DNA of 56,606 bases, filler included, from Sphacelaria rigidula (taxonomy: Eukaryota): assembly GCA_964200075.2 (NCBI GenBank). It is 7 parts of 7 records of this genome, joined end to end, with 100 filler letters (N's around TTAATTAATTAA, not from the genome) between each part and the next. Parts side by side here need not be neighbours in the genome. Positions count along the whole stretch, not along the records: positions 1 to 8,002 come from CAXNAA020012688.1; positions 8,103 to 16,103 come from CAXNAA020012689.1; 5 more parts are not named here. The stretch is one strand, 5' to 3'. Shown here one piece after another: positions 1-11,409 of the stretch. A program made the position numbers and the translations under genes. Every line of letters starts with the position of its first letter. Position 1 is the first letter of the stretch. The notes under the pieces were generated by a model. That model saw only the letters and a program-made list of their open reading frames with translations, was not told the origin of the DNA and made no database searches.

Positions 1-3000
1 AAAAGACCCTCCCCACGCGGTACCGACAAGACCGGTCATGGCCTTCGTCGGAGGACGGGGAACGGAGGACTATACGACTATTGTTATAGTAGTTGGTTGT
101 ACTTCCATGAGGAGTTTCGACCTCGTGATATTCGTCAGTAGTCAGTATTCTTTTATCGTGTATCAGCCAAGTACACTGGAAACGACTTTTTGCTTGTAAA
201 AGTAGTCACCACTTTTATAGCTGTACTAGGCGGAATTGAGTCAGACTGCGATGGGAATGTAGCTTCAGATACATACTACAGCTGTGTACGAGTATCGCTT
301 TCGTTGAGATCTTACTGATCCTACCCTCTGTCCAATTATTTGACTCCGTCACGTCTTCATTTTCGGGGTGATGGTGAGAAACATGACACAAACTCCCGGT
401 GTAACACTGATAAAATTTGTTTTGCTGTGCTCCAAAGGGCAAAGGTTATGACAGTACGAGTATACATTGCACGCCGGTCGGTCATGACCTGCCCAAAGGG
501 TACGTATGGCATTGTTCAAGGGAAAAAAAACGAACACGCTAGTGCGCCGTGATTAGAACATGACGCAAGATACCCTCATCGGAATTGTAACTGTAACTTT
601 TCCCCGCGCCGGTGCCGGTACAAAAGATGCGGACGGTCTGCTTGGTTCAGACTGTTGGTGAACGTTCCAGCTGTATTCTGATACATGACATGCCTGATAC
701 AGCGCAGCAGTCGGGAAGTTTGCAGTAGTGAATAATTCGATACCGAGTGGCAGACATTTGTCCACACCACGCACTCATCGGCTGTTGTTTACATGAAACG
801 TACGAGTGGCTTGGTGGCCTGTTTGTCGTGTAATCGCGTGAATGTACTTCGTCTAGCAATAAACTACAATGGCGTGGTAACATCAGCAGTCGGGAAGAGA
901 TCGAGCAACGAGTCTTATCGGCGGCCAGCTCTCTTTTCCATGCTTCTGTAGAGGCTGCTGTTGTACCTATTTTCTTTAGGCTCTCGACCATCCTGCTACG
1001 TGAAGGAAATCGTGGAGAACCTGAGACTCTGGCGATAACTCACTTTACGTGCCTGCAGGCGTTCAGGTTGGGACTGAGGACAGCAGGGCAGAGCAACGGG
1101 ACGAAGGTGTAGGCCACAGACTCTTCGCTACTTGCAACATCCGTCCGTCTTTCACGAGGTCGCGAAGACTGGGTGCGGTACACGATCAAATAGTACCATG
1201 CAGTAGTGCTGCGGGTGCTGAACTGGTGGCCACGCCGCGTGTGCCACAGTACAGCATTTCTGAGCTTCAACCGCAACACTATCTTTCACCGCAGTCCGAG
1301 AGGTGTGCAGGGACGACCAGGACAAGGCATTCGCTCGGATCGAAGGCAAGACTTCAAATCCGTTGACAGCGAACTAGCCGGGCGTTGGTATCTCATCGAC
1401 TGATGTGACGGGTTCAATAGATAGGAGAATGCTGTAAAAACCGCGTCCTGCGGAATATCGGTGCTACACAGACGTGGAGCTACTACTGTCTGTGGGATTG
1501 GAATCGCCGCTCGACTGTCATCATGAGCGATGAACCCGTGAAGGTATGTTATAGCCCTAAACGTGCCCTGTTTACGGACTGGCATGAAGATTCCTGGAGT
1601 TTTCCGGCTGGTCATTTCTCACGTTACCTGGAATAGTTGGAACGCCAAATTTCGCCCACATGTCAGGCAGGGTCGCGGTCGCCATGGTTGATGCCTATTG
1701 AGTTTCGCTCGATGTCATGGGTTTCTGGGATTCTGGCGGCTTCCTGCGAAAGGGGCCCCTCAGGAATTGGTCAAAAACGCAGAAACTAGCAATCATCAAC
1801 ACTGGCAAACTTGTATTTGTCTTCAGGAACATGTGCGCGAATCGAGCTTGCCTAGATCTTGGCGACAGCGTCAGAAGTCGAGCAAACGTGAAACTGGTCC
1901 GAGGGTGCACTGTCCCCGTGCACTCGCGGGGGCTCGTGACCCGAAGAAGTCGGTCAATCCGTTTTATCCTTCGAAATGCTGGACGTTGACCACCTCCTGC
2001 TTGCTCGCGATAATGCGTGCGCAAAATTTCGCTCACAACTCTTGGAAGTGACGTGAAAATTAGCGCAAACGTAAAACGGTTCCGAGAATGCGGAGAGTAC
2101 AATAGTCGGGATCCCAGCAGACCGGTGAAACTAAATGGAGGGAAAAATGGAGAAACCGGCGACCTTGGGCTTTATTCAGGAGCATATGTGCGAAAGTGAC
2201 CCTTTCACTTCCGAACATGGCGTCGAGGAACGGAGCAAACGTGAAATTGTTCCGAGCATGTGGGACATGCAATCATGGGGGCCCCTAGGAACACCGGTGA
2301 AACCGAGCAAACCTCCTTGGCAAAAACACTGGTGATTTGGGCCTTCACTCGGTTACACCAATTTGTAATTTGATCCGTGCCTCCTGCAAAGGCCTTCGAA
2401 ACGCAGCAAACGGGAAAATCTTCCGAAATTATAGGATGACACAGGTTAGCTTCGAGAAATGACACACCTTTGGCTATACAATACGTGGCTCAACTTCTCC
2501 CACGTCGTCTCGGGATGTCTTTTCGATTTTTGTGTGGGCTACAACCGCGCTCCGCCCTTGCGGCGACTTTGCGCTAGATGCACACGACTGATCATGATGT
2601 CCTCACCCGTTGTACCTCCTGGCAATCGTCAAAGCGTGGAACGCTGCAATGTACGCCTAAAAGTACCCCTCTAGACATCAGTCCGGGCTTTGGTTGGAGC
2701 TAGGCATCTGCTTTCATTCCTGGAGAGTTTGTATATTCGCCAATTTGTGAAATTTGACTTTTCGGTCTGTCCTCGGGTACTAGCTGTGAATTGTTTTGTT
2801 ACCCGGATTCTTCGGCCATGTGTTGTTTCGGCACTGGTCTGGCATTCATGCTGCCGCGCCCCCCGTGATCTGATGGTACGACTTACACTGTCAAGTCAGG
2901 AAAATACGGGTTCGACTCCTTGTGGGTGCATTCGGCTTATTTCTCAAAAACGGATCTGATTTCCTCCGTTGAAAACATGAGAACATGGGCAGCAAGGAGA

Positions 3001-3204
3001 GTACATCGTATTTGACTAGGTGTCGACGTGATGCGCGAGTGGTGATGGTCATGATCCACCCTGAGATGTCAAATCGAAAGGCGCGTACCGGGGGAGATAT
3101 GGGTTGACCTCTTGAAACTAGGAGGGATTAAAAGTGTATCAGTATATCTATATCAATACATATACATATGTGTGGATAAATATGATTGAAAATGTCCTCC
3201 CTGC

Positions 3205-3310
3205 CCAACCATCGTGTCCTGTGGGTTCGTGACTCCACGCGAAACCGGGAGGTTGCCATATCAGCCTTAACGTTGAGTAGTTCACCTTGTCAAGTCTGAC
3301 TGACAACTAA
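3205..3310 (+). repeat. Dispersed repeat fragment; second partial copy at about 3979-4025
   Basis: AGCCTTAACGTTGAGTAGTTCACCTTGTCAAG..CTGACAA (3263-3306) recurs as AGCCTCAACGTTGAGTAATCCGCCTTGTTAACCCTGCTGACAA (3980-4022). Confidence 0.5.
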
Positions 3311-3524
3311 AGTACGACCTAGCTACAAGGGGTACCTTCGGCCGCATGTGCACTGTTTGATTGCACGACATTATTTGGATCTAGGAATGTTTTTTCCTTG
3401 TTCGCGAACTTCTAAACATGTCGAATTTTGAAAATGTTAAGGTCAATTTTGGGTAAATTTATTCGGCGGCAGCTAACACTTCTGGTCGTACCCCCCAGGT
3501 TTCCGTGCGGGGTGTCGTCCTCAG

Positions 3525-3852
3525 TAGACCTAAAGAAATGTTCGCACACAATGGTTGGTACTCGATTTTACTTGATATCAGAATGAAGAAAGTTCTGGGA
3601 AAATGTATATTTTGGGATAGGTGCGCTGTAGGCCCAGCTCGTTCAGAACGTGTTTCCGTTTATAATCGGCGCCTTGGCGTCGATATGAGCTCTGCCAACG
3701 CACACTTTGCCTAGGACATACCTTGCACCTCCCTTGCCCGAGGGTTCTCGTACGCGTCGGGCCGGGGTTAGGGTTAGGGTTAGGGGAAGCATTAGGGTTG
3801 ACGGCACCTCCATAGTACCAGCCATTGTGTACGAACATTTCGTCAGGTCCCC
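3525..3852. mobile_element. Inverted-repeat-bounded element that contains a TTAGGG-tailed repeat
   Basis: GACCTAAAGAAATGTTCGCACACAATGGTTGGTACT (about 3526-3562) is an imperfect reverse complement of AGTACCAGCCATTGTGTACGAACATTTCGTCAGGTC (about 3814-3849). Confidence 0.55.
3620..3798 (+). repeat. Family E copy 1: about 170-bp dispersed element with an internal hairpin and a telomere-like (TTAGGG)n tail
   Basis: Aligns by eye to 5112-5280 and 45770-45933; ends GGGGTTAGGGTTAGGGTTAGGGG; hairpin ATCGGCGCC-TT-GGCGTCGAT. Confidence 0.75.
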
Positions 3853-4409
3853 TCGTCGTTTTGGTAGTTTTTGGCTCAAATATGACGTAATGATGGGTAC
3901 AATGTTGCGACCACGTCGCGCAACCCGGGTCCGACACGAAATCGCGACGTCGCACACAACTTCCAGGCTACACAATTTTAGCCTCAACGTTGAGTAATCC
4001 GCCTTGTTAACCCTGCTGACAATCGCTCATGCCCAATGTACACAGGATTGATCCCTCTAGCAACGTGTGTAGCTTGCAACTTCTCAAAACGTCGGGCGTT
4101 CTATACTATTCTAGATCGATGTCGAAGCGAACAACACAACCGTGTTGCACTAGTAGATTTCTCCAACGCATTGCATGCTTGCAAATCTTTAGCTTTTCGT
4201 TGCTTCGTGTCTCTTGCGGGGGGTGACACACGGTGCGGATTTCCGTATCACCCTGTTATCTTAAGGGAGGGGCTGACACGTCGGCAACCGTTTGGAGCGC
4301 CCTGATCGAATTTCAGGTCCAACTGGGATTCCTTCGTCACATTTTTAACCCCTCCCCCTCCTCGGGGCGAGTCCGGGATTCGAAGATATCAGCTAATCTC
4401 TCTCGAGAT

Positions 4410-4482
4410 CGACGCCTTGCATTTTGGACTCGTGGATTGGATCATGACCAAAACTCTCGCATCACGTGGACTCTCGCCAAAA
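4410..4482 (+). repeat. Family C dispersed repeat (other copies on the minus strand at 12374-12445 and 15553-15622)
   Basis: GACGCCTTGCATT..CGTGGATTGGATCATGACCA..ACTCTCGCA..GACTCTCG matches the reverse complement of both contig-2 copies. Confidence 0.65.
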
Positions 4483-5111
4483 CACGCAGTTAAACCAACT
4501 GTTTTTGCTGCTTGCCTCGTAACACCTTCGATGACAAAAGTCATAGATATTTGCAAGAAATTTCCAAACTGCGCGCATCTGGCGGGAATTGAAGCCGCTT
4601 TCTAAGGACCTAACGGTGTTAGTCGTACCATTTTGATTCAGACTACCAGGCCAGCTGTGTTTGGAAAGCCCTGTCGTGAGTAGCTAGCTGGACGAGTTTT
4701 CTAATGCCATTGTATGTATCAACATTGGAATCGCCTTTCCGAAACGCAACAAATACCCGCGGTTGCTGTGTTTTTTCGAACGAAATCGCTATACACGGGT
4801 AAATGCTGAGACAGCAGGTGCTTTGGGAAGACGTCGGGATAATCCTGCTATGATAATATTCGGGCAGAGAAGTGATAACTAGCACTCAGTATTTCTCTGA
4901 ACACGTTGAGAACACCTATCCTACCTTCTTCCTAAACACCGCCAGTGTCACGGCTGTTCCGTGCTGCTCATCTTCCTCGCAGTACCATTTATTTGTCAAT
5001 CTAGGAGTAGACCTTACGCATCGGCTGGAAAATATGGCTGCTCACTTGGTTGATTACTTGATTTTGGAGTGAACGCAGATATTCGCATTATCGGAAGTGG
5101 CGATAGCCCCA

Positions 5112-5280
5112 GGTGCTCCTAGCTTACCCAGGACGTGCTTTTGTTCAAATCGGTTCCGCAGGCGCCGATTTGAGGTTTGCCAACGCACTCTATGTCTGAA
5201 GCTACCTTTACACCCCCCTTGACCGAGGGTTATCGCATGCCTTGGTCAGGGTTAGGGTCAGGGTAGGGTCAGGGTTAGCG
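5112..5280 (+). repeat. Family E copy 2 (degenerate TTAGGG/TCAGGG tail)
   Basis: GTGCTCCTAGC...AAATCGG..GGCGCCGATTTGAGG...GAGGGTTATCG...CAGGGTTAGGGTCAGGGTAGGGTCAGGGTTAG. Confidence 0.7.
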
Positions 5281-5609
5281 CCCGTTCAAAACCATAACAT
5301 TTTTTAGGTCACCCTGTCGACCAAAATTTTACGACCAATGCGTAAGCGCGGCTCCAAAATTGATTATCTTTTTATGGAGAATCCATGTCGGGACTCTCGG
5401 TTCCCGAATTCTCCGTTAACCCTTAGGGGAAGGGCATCTCCAGGTCTTCCGCCCCCGTATCGTGGAATAACTCGGCTTAGGTGATCAAGTCGTGCCAGGA
5501 ATGATAGGGTAGTATACCCGTACGTAGATCCCAGCCAATGCTACCGAAATGTCAAGGGTCCTAACCTCCACTTCCTCCGCCTTCCCGTGATCATTCGGTG
5601 ACTCTGAAG

Positions 5610-7478
5610 GCAAAGGAAAAAGATGCAAAGAGCGACACTCCAGCAACTGCGGCGGCAGAGGACCCTGTCGGGGGTACGAGCAAAACCACCGCGCCTGAGA
5701 AAAATGACAAGAAGCGCAAGGGGGATTCGTCTAAGGATAAGGAGAACAAGCGAAAAGAGGAAAAGTCTCAGAAATCGAGCAAGGAAGGTTCTTCGAAAAC
5801 CAAAGACGATCATTCCACGGGCAAGGACAATCACCCGAAAATCAAGGATGATTCTTCGAAAGTAACGGATGATTCTTCCAAAAGCACGGCCGATCCTTCC
5901 AAAAACAACGGGGACTCTGGAGGTGGGGCTGCCGGTGCTGCTGGAGATACCGGGGCTAATGGACGTCGCAAAAGTAAGAGCAAAAACTCCCAGACGACAG
6001 CGGCCGAAATTGGTGACGGCGGGAGTAGCGAACCCAGCCTTCCTGACCAACACGCGGGGGGCGACAAGAAGAAGAAGGACGGCACCGAGCGCATAAAAAG
6101 CGGAGGAGAGGGAGAGAAAGACTCGAAAAAAAAAGGCGAAACATCGAAAAATGACGGGAATAACAGTGGGGAACCGGGCCCGACTGGCCAATCAGCGAAG
6201 GAAGAAAAGAAAAAAGACGGCGCAGAGCGCAGAAGAAGTAGCGGGGGGGGAGATGAAGGCTCGAAAAAGAAGGGCGAAACATCAAAAGACGACGGGGCTA
6301 ATAATAGGGAACCGGACCCTGATGACCAAGAAGCGAACGGAAAGAAGACGAAGGATGGCACAGAGCGCGGAAAAAGCAGCGGACAGGAAGATGAAGGCTC
6401 GAAAAAGAAGGGTAAGACTGCCAAAGACGACGAGAATAATGGTAGCGAACCGGGCTCCGCTGACCAGCAGGCGAAGGGGGACAAGAAGAAGAAGGGTGGT
6501 ACTGAGCGCGAAACGAACAACAGAGAGGGAGACGGAAGCTCGAAAAAAAAAGGCGAAACATCGAAAAATGACGGGAATAACAGTGGGGAACCGGGCCCGA
6601 CTGGCCAATCAGCGAGAGAAGAAAAGAAAAAAGACGGCGCAGAGCGCAGAAGAAGTAGCGGGGGGGGAGATAAAGGCTCGAAAAAAAAGGGCGAAACATC
6701 AAAAGTTGACAGTGCTAATAATAGGGAACCGGACCCTGATGACCAAGAAGCGAACGGAGAGAAGAAGGATGGCACAGAGCGGGGAAAAAGCAGCGGACAG
6801 GGAGATGAAGGCTCGAAAAAGAAGGGTAAGACTGCCAAAGACGACGAGAATAATGATAGCGAACCGGGCTCCGCTGACCAGCAGGCGAAGGGAGACAAGA
6901 AGAAGGAGGGTGGTACTGAGCGCGAAACGAACAGAGAGGGAGACCAAAGCTCGAAAAAGGAGGGAGAAACGACCAAAGACGACGAGAGAGCTCGCTCGAG
7001 AGATGACGGTAACGGTACCAAATATGACGGCAGAAAAGTAGTCGATTCGCCGGCGGCAGCCGAAAACACAAAGGAAGCGGAGGGAAGCCAAAATCAAATG
7101 TCGGCACCACTAGCAACGGAAGCTGCCGTGGGGGCTGTACCCGAAACAGCGGAACAGGTCCGCGTGAGCAAGGCAGGATCTACACGAGAAGAACCACAAG
7201 AAAAAAGCCATAAAAACGGCGCAACAAAACAAAACCCTAGAAACGGCGAGTCAGCGGGTGGGAAGTACCGGGGCGCGGAAGCGACGGGAACGAGTGAAAC
7301 GACTGTAGGGGTGGTTGTTGTTGGCCAGCGGGATGGCGCACGGGCGAAAATGACGATGTCCCCTACCCCGCCCCGAGCGAGGGAAAATTCGGCCAGTTTG
7401 TCGCCCACCAAGGGAAGCAGAGGGGCCAAGCTTGCGATATCTATCGACGCTTCTTCGTTCTCTTCTGACGCCAGCAAG
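5610..7478 (+). CDS. Large internal exon (623 codons) of a Lys/Asp/Gly/Glu/Ser-rich, probably disordered repeat protein of unknown function
   Basis: Lies within the 631-aa ORF 5598-7493. A pyrimidine tract and AG end at 5609 and a donor AAG|GTGTGT starts at 7479, both in phase 0. Purine-rich coding bias; repeat indels keep the frame. Confidence 0.7.
6123..6985 (+). repeat. Coding higher-order tandem repeat: about 46-aa monomers grouped as a trimer of 417/411 bp, present twice
   Basis: TCGAAAAAAAAAGGCGAAACATCGAAAAATGACGGG at 6123 and 6540, with a third start at 6951. Monomer consensus SKKKGETSKxDxxNxxEPxxxxQxAxxxKKKxGxER. Confidence 0.9.
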
Positions 7479-7544
7479 GTGTGTAGTTTATGACATGTTC
7501 TACTATAGCGCCCCCCCCCCCACCCCACCCCAAAAGTCAGCCTG

Positions 7545-8002
7545 GTCCGGTAAGAACCCGGCGTGCTCCGTCCAGGCTTTGTAGGGGCGGACCCCCAATG
7601 GGGTTGGCGTCGGTTGGCGATGACGCTATGAAACACGCCACTCACTGCGTAAGCTAGGCAACCAGGTTACCGTTTGGTGTTGCGCACATACGTTTTTTTT
7701 GCGGTAAACATGATGGTTGTCGAGCTAGATCATGCTGTGCGGCGTGGGAGAACCTCAACTCCGCATAATGGGGATGATCGTACTGCGTAGTGTTTACATG
7801 GTGAGACATCCATCAGGCAGTGTGTGAGCTGTGGCTGTTTCTTGAAGTGGCGATACCAGACAATAAAGCAACTCATTATAGGCTGTCATCCAAATTCGAG
7901 ATAATTAGTGGGCTTCGGGCCGAACAATCTTGGTCAGATGCAGCTCACCCTTCATGCGAGTCGCCGAACACACCACGACGCTTCGCGCTTGGTGATTGAG
8001 TG
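7545..8002 (+). repeat. Family A high-copy dispersed repeat (about 0.5 kb), truncated by the contig end
   Basis: Colinear with 48635-49190, 49250-49770, 8103-8250 and, on the minus strand, 50808-51115 and 24131-24204. Confidence 0.85.
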
Positions 8003-8102
8003 NNNNNNNNNNNNNNNNNNNNNNNNNNNNNNNNNNNNNNNNNNNNTTAATTAATTAANNNNNNNNNNNNNNNNNNNNNNNNNNNNNNNNNNNNNNNNNN
8101 NN
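8003..8102. other. Artificial contig spacer (44 N + TTAATTAATTAA + 44 N)
   Basis: Identical 100-bp spacer with a six-frame stop linker, found six times in the window. Confidence 0.98.
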
Positions 8103-8250
8103 GGGTAAGCTGGGGCTACCAGGTTACCGTTTTTTTTCTGCGCGCTTGCGTTTTTTTTTTTTTTTTTCGGTAAGCAGGATGGTGTTCGAGCTAGATCATA
8201 TTGTGCGGGGTGGGAGACCCCAAATTCCAGATGATCATACTGCATTGACC
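8103..8250 (+). repeat. Family A partial copy at a contig start
   Basis: GTAAGCTGGGGCTACCAGGTTACCG...GAGCTAGATCAT..TGTGCGG.GTGGGAGA matches about 7649-7790. Confidence 0.75.
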
Positions 8251-8394
8251 ACGCATCCCTTGCGAGACGCGGCACTTATTACACCGGGAGGGCGGGGTAT
8301 CACAGTAGCTTGTGGACGTCACTCACCTGCGGGGAAATGCCAAATGCCTCCGATACACGTTTTCCGACCTCTCGCATGTCGGTGATTGGCGCAC

Positions 8395-8479
8395 CTGTTG
8401 TCCGGTCCTGAAGAGACACGAAAAATATTTCGCTGAACAAGCGGCGCTCCCTAGCGTACGAGCAGGCTTGAAGGGCCAC
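8395..8479 (-). CDS. CHAT-STAND gene, exon E (after Walker A): VALQACSYARERRLFSEIFFVSLQDRTT
   Basis: Acceptor TTTCTTGGACAG|GTG at 8480/8479 is in phase 0 with the previous exon. The donor is uncertain (GTGCGC at 8394 or GTCGGA near 8368). Confidence 0.7.
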
Positions 8480-9235
8480 CTGTCCAAGAAACGCAAGGGG
8501 GGGGGAAACAGGACAAACGTTACATATACAGGGAATTGAGGTACCGTAAGGGAATAAAGGCGATAAAAGAAGCGATGGTATTCCAGATATTTCAGGCACT
8601 GTGCCCCACCTCATAGGTTACGGGAAATAACACCCCCTCTTTTGATGAAGTTTCGCGAACCTTGTTTTCTCGGGAACCAAGGCCTGCACGGGATAATTCC
8701 AACGACACAGCTTTCGACCTTGTGGCAACCGCCGCTGTTGGTGACAAATTGGAGATTTAGAGATATTTGACACGAAGGTGTGATTTGGTACCTTGCAATC
8801 AAAACGACATACGTGATCTTCATATTCAAGTCGGAGCTCACGTGTAAAAACGGGGCACGATCCGAATGGGTCGTTTGCGAGCAATGCTTCATCTACAGTA
8901 AAGTTCGGGTGATCGCACATCTCCGCAGGAGAACTGTGGCCTCGAAACAGTACCAAACTACCGCCGTGGGTAACAGTCGAAGGTGGAGGTAGTCCCGAGG
9001 GGGCGGGGAGGTGCTATACGAGACAGTCCTTTTGATTGGGTAATATCTGTGCCTTGAAAAATAATTAAGTTGGTCAACACCGGGTGCGGTGCTCGGTAGG
9101 GTTGCTGTACTTATTAGGTCTGGTCTACCCTGCGATATACTGAACAAGCAGGTACTTTGAATTCGATGGTCGATACTCAATCTCTGCTGCTGCCAATATC
9201 GAAGGCGACCAAGTACTATAAAGTACAGTACCCAC

Positions 9236-9319
9236 CTCTGTCTTTCCGATACCCGCCAAGCCTTTGATGGTGATCACCTTGCTGTGCACCATGTGCGTGT
9301 AAACCTCCTGCACCAGAGC
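9236..9319 (-). CDS. CHAT-STAND gene, exon D with Walker A: ALVQEVYTHMVHSKVITIKGLAGIGKTE
   Basis: Acceptor CCCTCTCAG| and donor GAG|GTGGGT; 84 nt, phase 0-0; GxxGxGKT P-loop preceded by the hydrophobic strand VITI, as in NB-ARC/STAND NTPases. Confidence 0.85.
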
Positions 9320-10094
9320 CTGAGAGGGCGCACGATTAACGTACGTGGAGCGACACAGCAAAGAGCGGAGTTTGGCTCGCTTTCAAAAGACAGTCCTCAT
9401 ATACACAGATATGATGCCCACACCGCGGGACACGGCCAACAAAAAAAAGCATCGCAAATTCACGTAGGAGCTCTGAAAACTGGTGTTCTGTACATGACCG
9501 AGTGTAGCATCATACCGCAAAGACGCAATACAAGCACGGCGTCAAAACACCATCGTGGAATTCCTTGAGCATGTACCGAGGTTCGGATATTTTCCAAACG
9601 CAATGTGCTATAGTACAATATCATCATCCATGACTTCCAAACTAGACTTACACAAATCTGAGGATTTCGGCCTCTGTGAAGGAGGCCCGTGGTTTGAGAT
9701 TCGGACCCCAGTCCGTTGGGCAATGTTTCTCGGTCCAGAAACTCAATCCAAGGGCTGAACACGTCTCCACAGAGACTGAAATCCCAGATTGGTACAACTG
9801 CAAAATGAAAGCCATGAAGGTTGGTCTACAACACGGTAACTACACAGCTTTTCCCCGCGAAGGTTGTTACTGTACTCGTACCATTTGACAAGACCTCCGA
9901 GCAAAATTTGGAATGGCAACTCCTTCTCGATGCCAGTAGCACCGCGGTTGTCAACACGATTGCGTTCCACCAGTCGTCCGCTCTTCCGCACGTTCACACA
10001 GGATTTTCACGATACTCAAGGGTGTGACAAGCAACCCAACCTTCTTCTACCGGGTGACGACAGCAAGGTATTCTCAGCGCGGCGTGCCCAACCT

Positions 10095-10502
10095 CATAAT
10101 TTTCGAAGACGAACAACATGTTCGTGAGATCAGAAACGGATTTTTTTTCGGAAGGGGAGCTTCTTCGCAATATACACCAAGACGGTCCGATCGTCCGAAA
10201 CGGCCGTCACCCCCCTGAAAGCCCGTCATCTATCGGGAATGTGGGGAATAAGATTTCTCATCGACAGGGTTAGTGCGGAGTCATGAGGGAAAATGTGTAA
10301 AAAAAAAGAAGCACATTTTCGGCCGTATCTCATGGAAGGCGTCACCGATTAAAATCTGATTGCGCCAAAATTCCCGCCAGATCATGGGCTTTAGGGGCGT
10401 GACGGTCGTTTCGGACGATTCGACCGTCTTCGTGTAAATCACTAAAAAAATATCAATTACTAACCTCACGAACATTTTGTTGACTGTGGACGAAAACTAT
10501 TC
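10095..10502. mobile_element. Foldback/MITE-like element with long imperfect inverted arms
   Basis: ATGTTCGTGAG (about 10118) pairs with CTCACGAACAT (about 10465); TACACCAAGACGGTCCGATCGTCCGAAACGGCCGTCAC pairs with GTGACGGTCGTTTCGGACGATTCGACCGTCTTCGTGTA. Confidence 0.7.
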
Positions 10503-10954
10503 CCTGCCACCCCCCCCCCCCACACACACACACGTATTCGATACAGCCACACGGTCTACTGTTGGCTCAAAGGGGCGCGTGAACGTGTGGATCTACTACC
10601 ATGGACCAACGACATTTGCACAAATTAGCAATGTAAGACAGACAAAGGGAACACAAACCGCCTGCCGTTGCTACCACCGATCACCTACGGGAAAATCAGA
10701 GCAGCGGACGACGCATTCCCCGACAAGAGCCCGTTAATACATATTTGGAGAAGAGAACCACGCGTGGCTACAGTACCTCAAGGCACCAAGGTGCAAAGAG
10801 GCCATATGTGCGTTTTGTTCATGATATCTATCGTCGTGGTGTAGCTCATTTCGCAAGACATCACACACCCGACACTTCCTACGATAGCCACCGCCCAAAA
10901 AAGTGCATGGTTTTGCGAGGCAAAATCTTCACTTAAATCGAAATGAGAAAAGCC

Positions 10955-11120
10955 GAACACAACGAGCAGCTGGGAACTCCCACGCTTGGATTCGTTCTAG
11001 GCAATGTCGCCAATATGAGGCTTCATGCAGCCTGAAACCAAACATCAGGCGCTGTATGATCATTTTTGTCGTGACACTTTTGGGCTGGTTTTGGGGGGGG
11101 CTATCGTAGAAAGTGTCACC
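10955..11120 (+). repeat. Family D dispersed repeat (other copies 55540-55711 plus strand, 35980-36125 minus strand)
   Basis: Shared AACGAGC.GCTG..CCCACGCTTGG.TTCGTT.TAG...TATGAGGC..TTCATG.AG.CTGAAACCAAACAT.AGGCGC...ATCGTAGA.AGTGTCAC. Confidence 0.75.
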
Positions 11121-11204
11121 CGTTGGTTGATTTTTCAAGAGGTTCCCGAACATCATTTGATTCTAGAATGAGTGTGCGACCAGCGTCTCCTTCACCGTTC
11201 ATGA

Positions 11205-11266
11205 TACAGTAGTACTACAGGACAGTACAGTACAGTACAGTACAGCACAGTACAGTACAGTAGTAC
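11205..11266. repeat. (CAGTA)n microsatellite
   Basis: CAGTACAGTACAGTACAGTACAGCACAGTACAGTACAG read directly. Confidence 0.85.
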
Positions 11267-11409
11267 ACTTGATTTTGTGCAAGCTGCTATGTCATACTGT
11301 ACCATGCCGTCGTCCGTGTTGGTTAGTGCACGCGCCTGTACTTGCAATGCCCGCGGTCTCCGAAGTTGGGATGATCCCTGCTTGTAATGTAGCAACACAC
11401 AGTACTTAC

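Noticed and set aside
3765-3798. TTAGGG repeats as a true telomere
   Set aside because: Only a few units, internal to the contig, and part of a dispersed repeat.
5541-7645. Long minus-strand ORFs (5831-7069, 5541-6191, 7094-7645 and others)
   Set aside because: They are antisense shadows of the purine-rich repetitive plus-strand exon.
8047-8058. TTAATTAATTAA as a biological motif
   Set aside because: It is a six-frame stop linker centred in each N spacer, an assembly construct.
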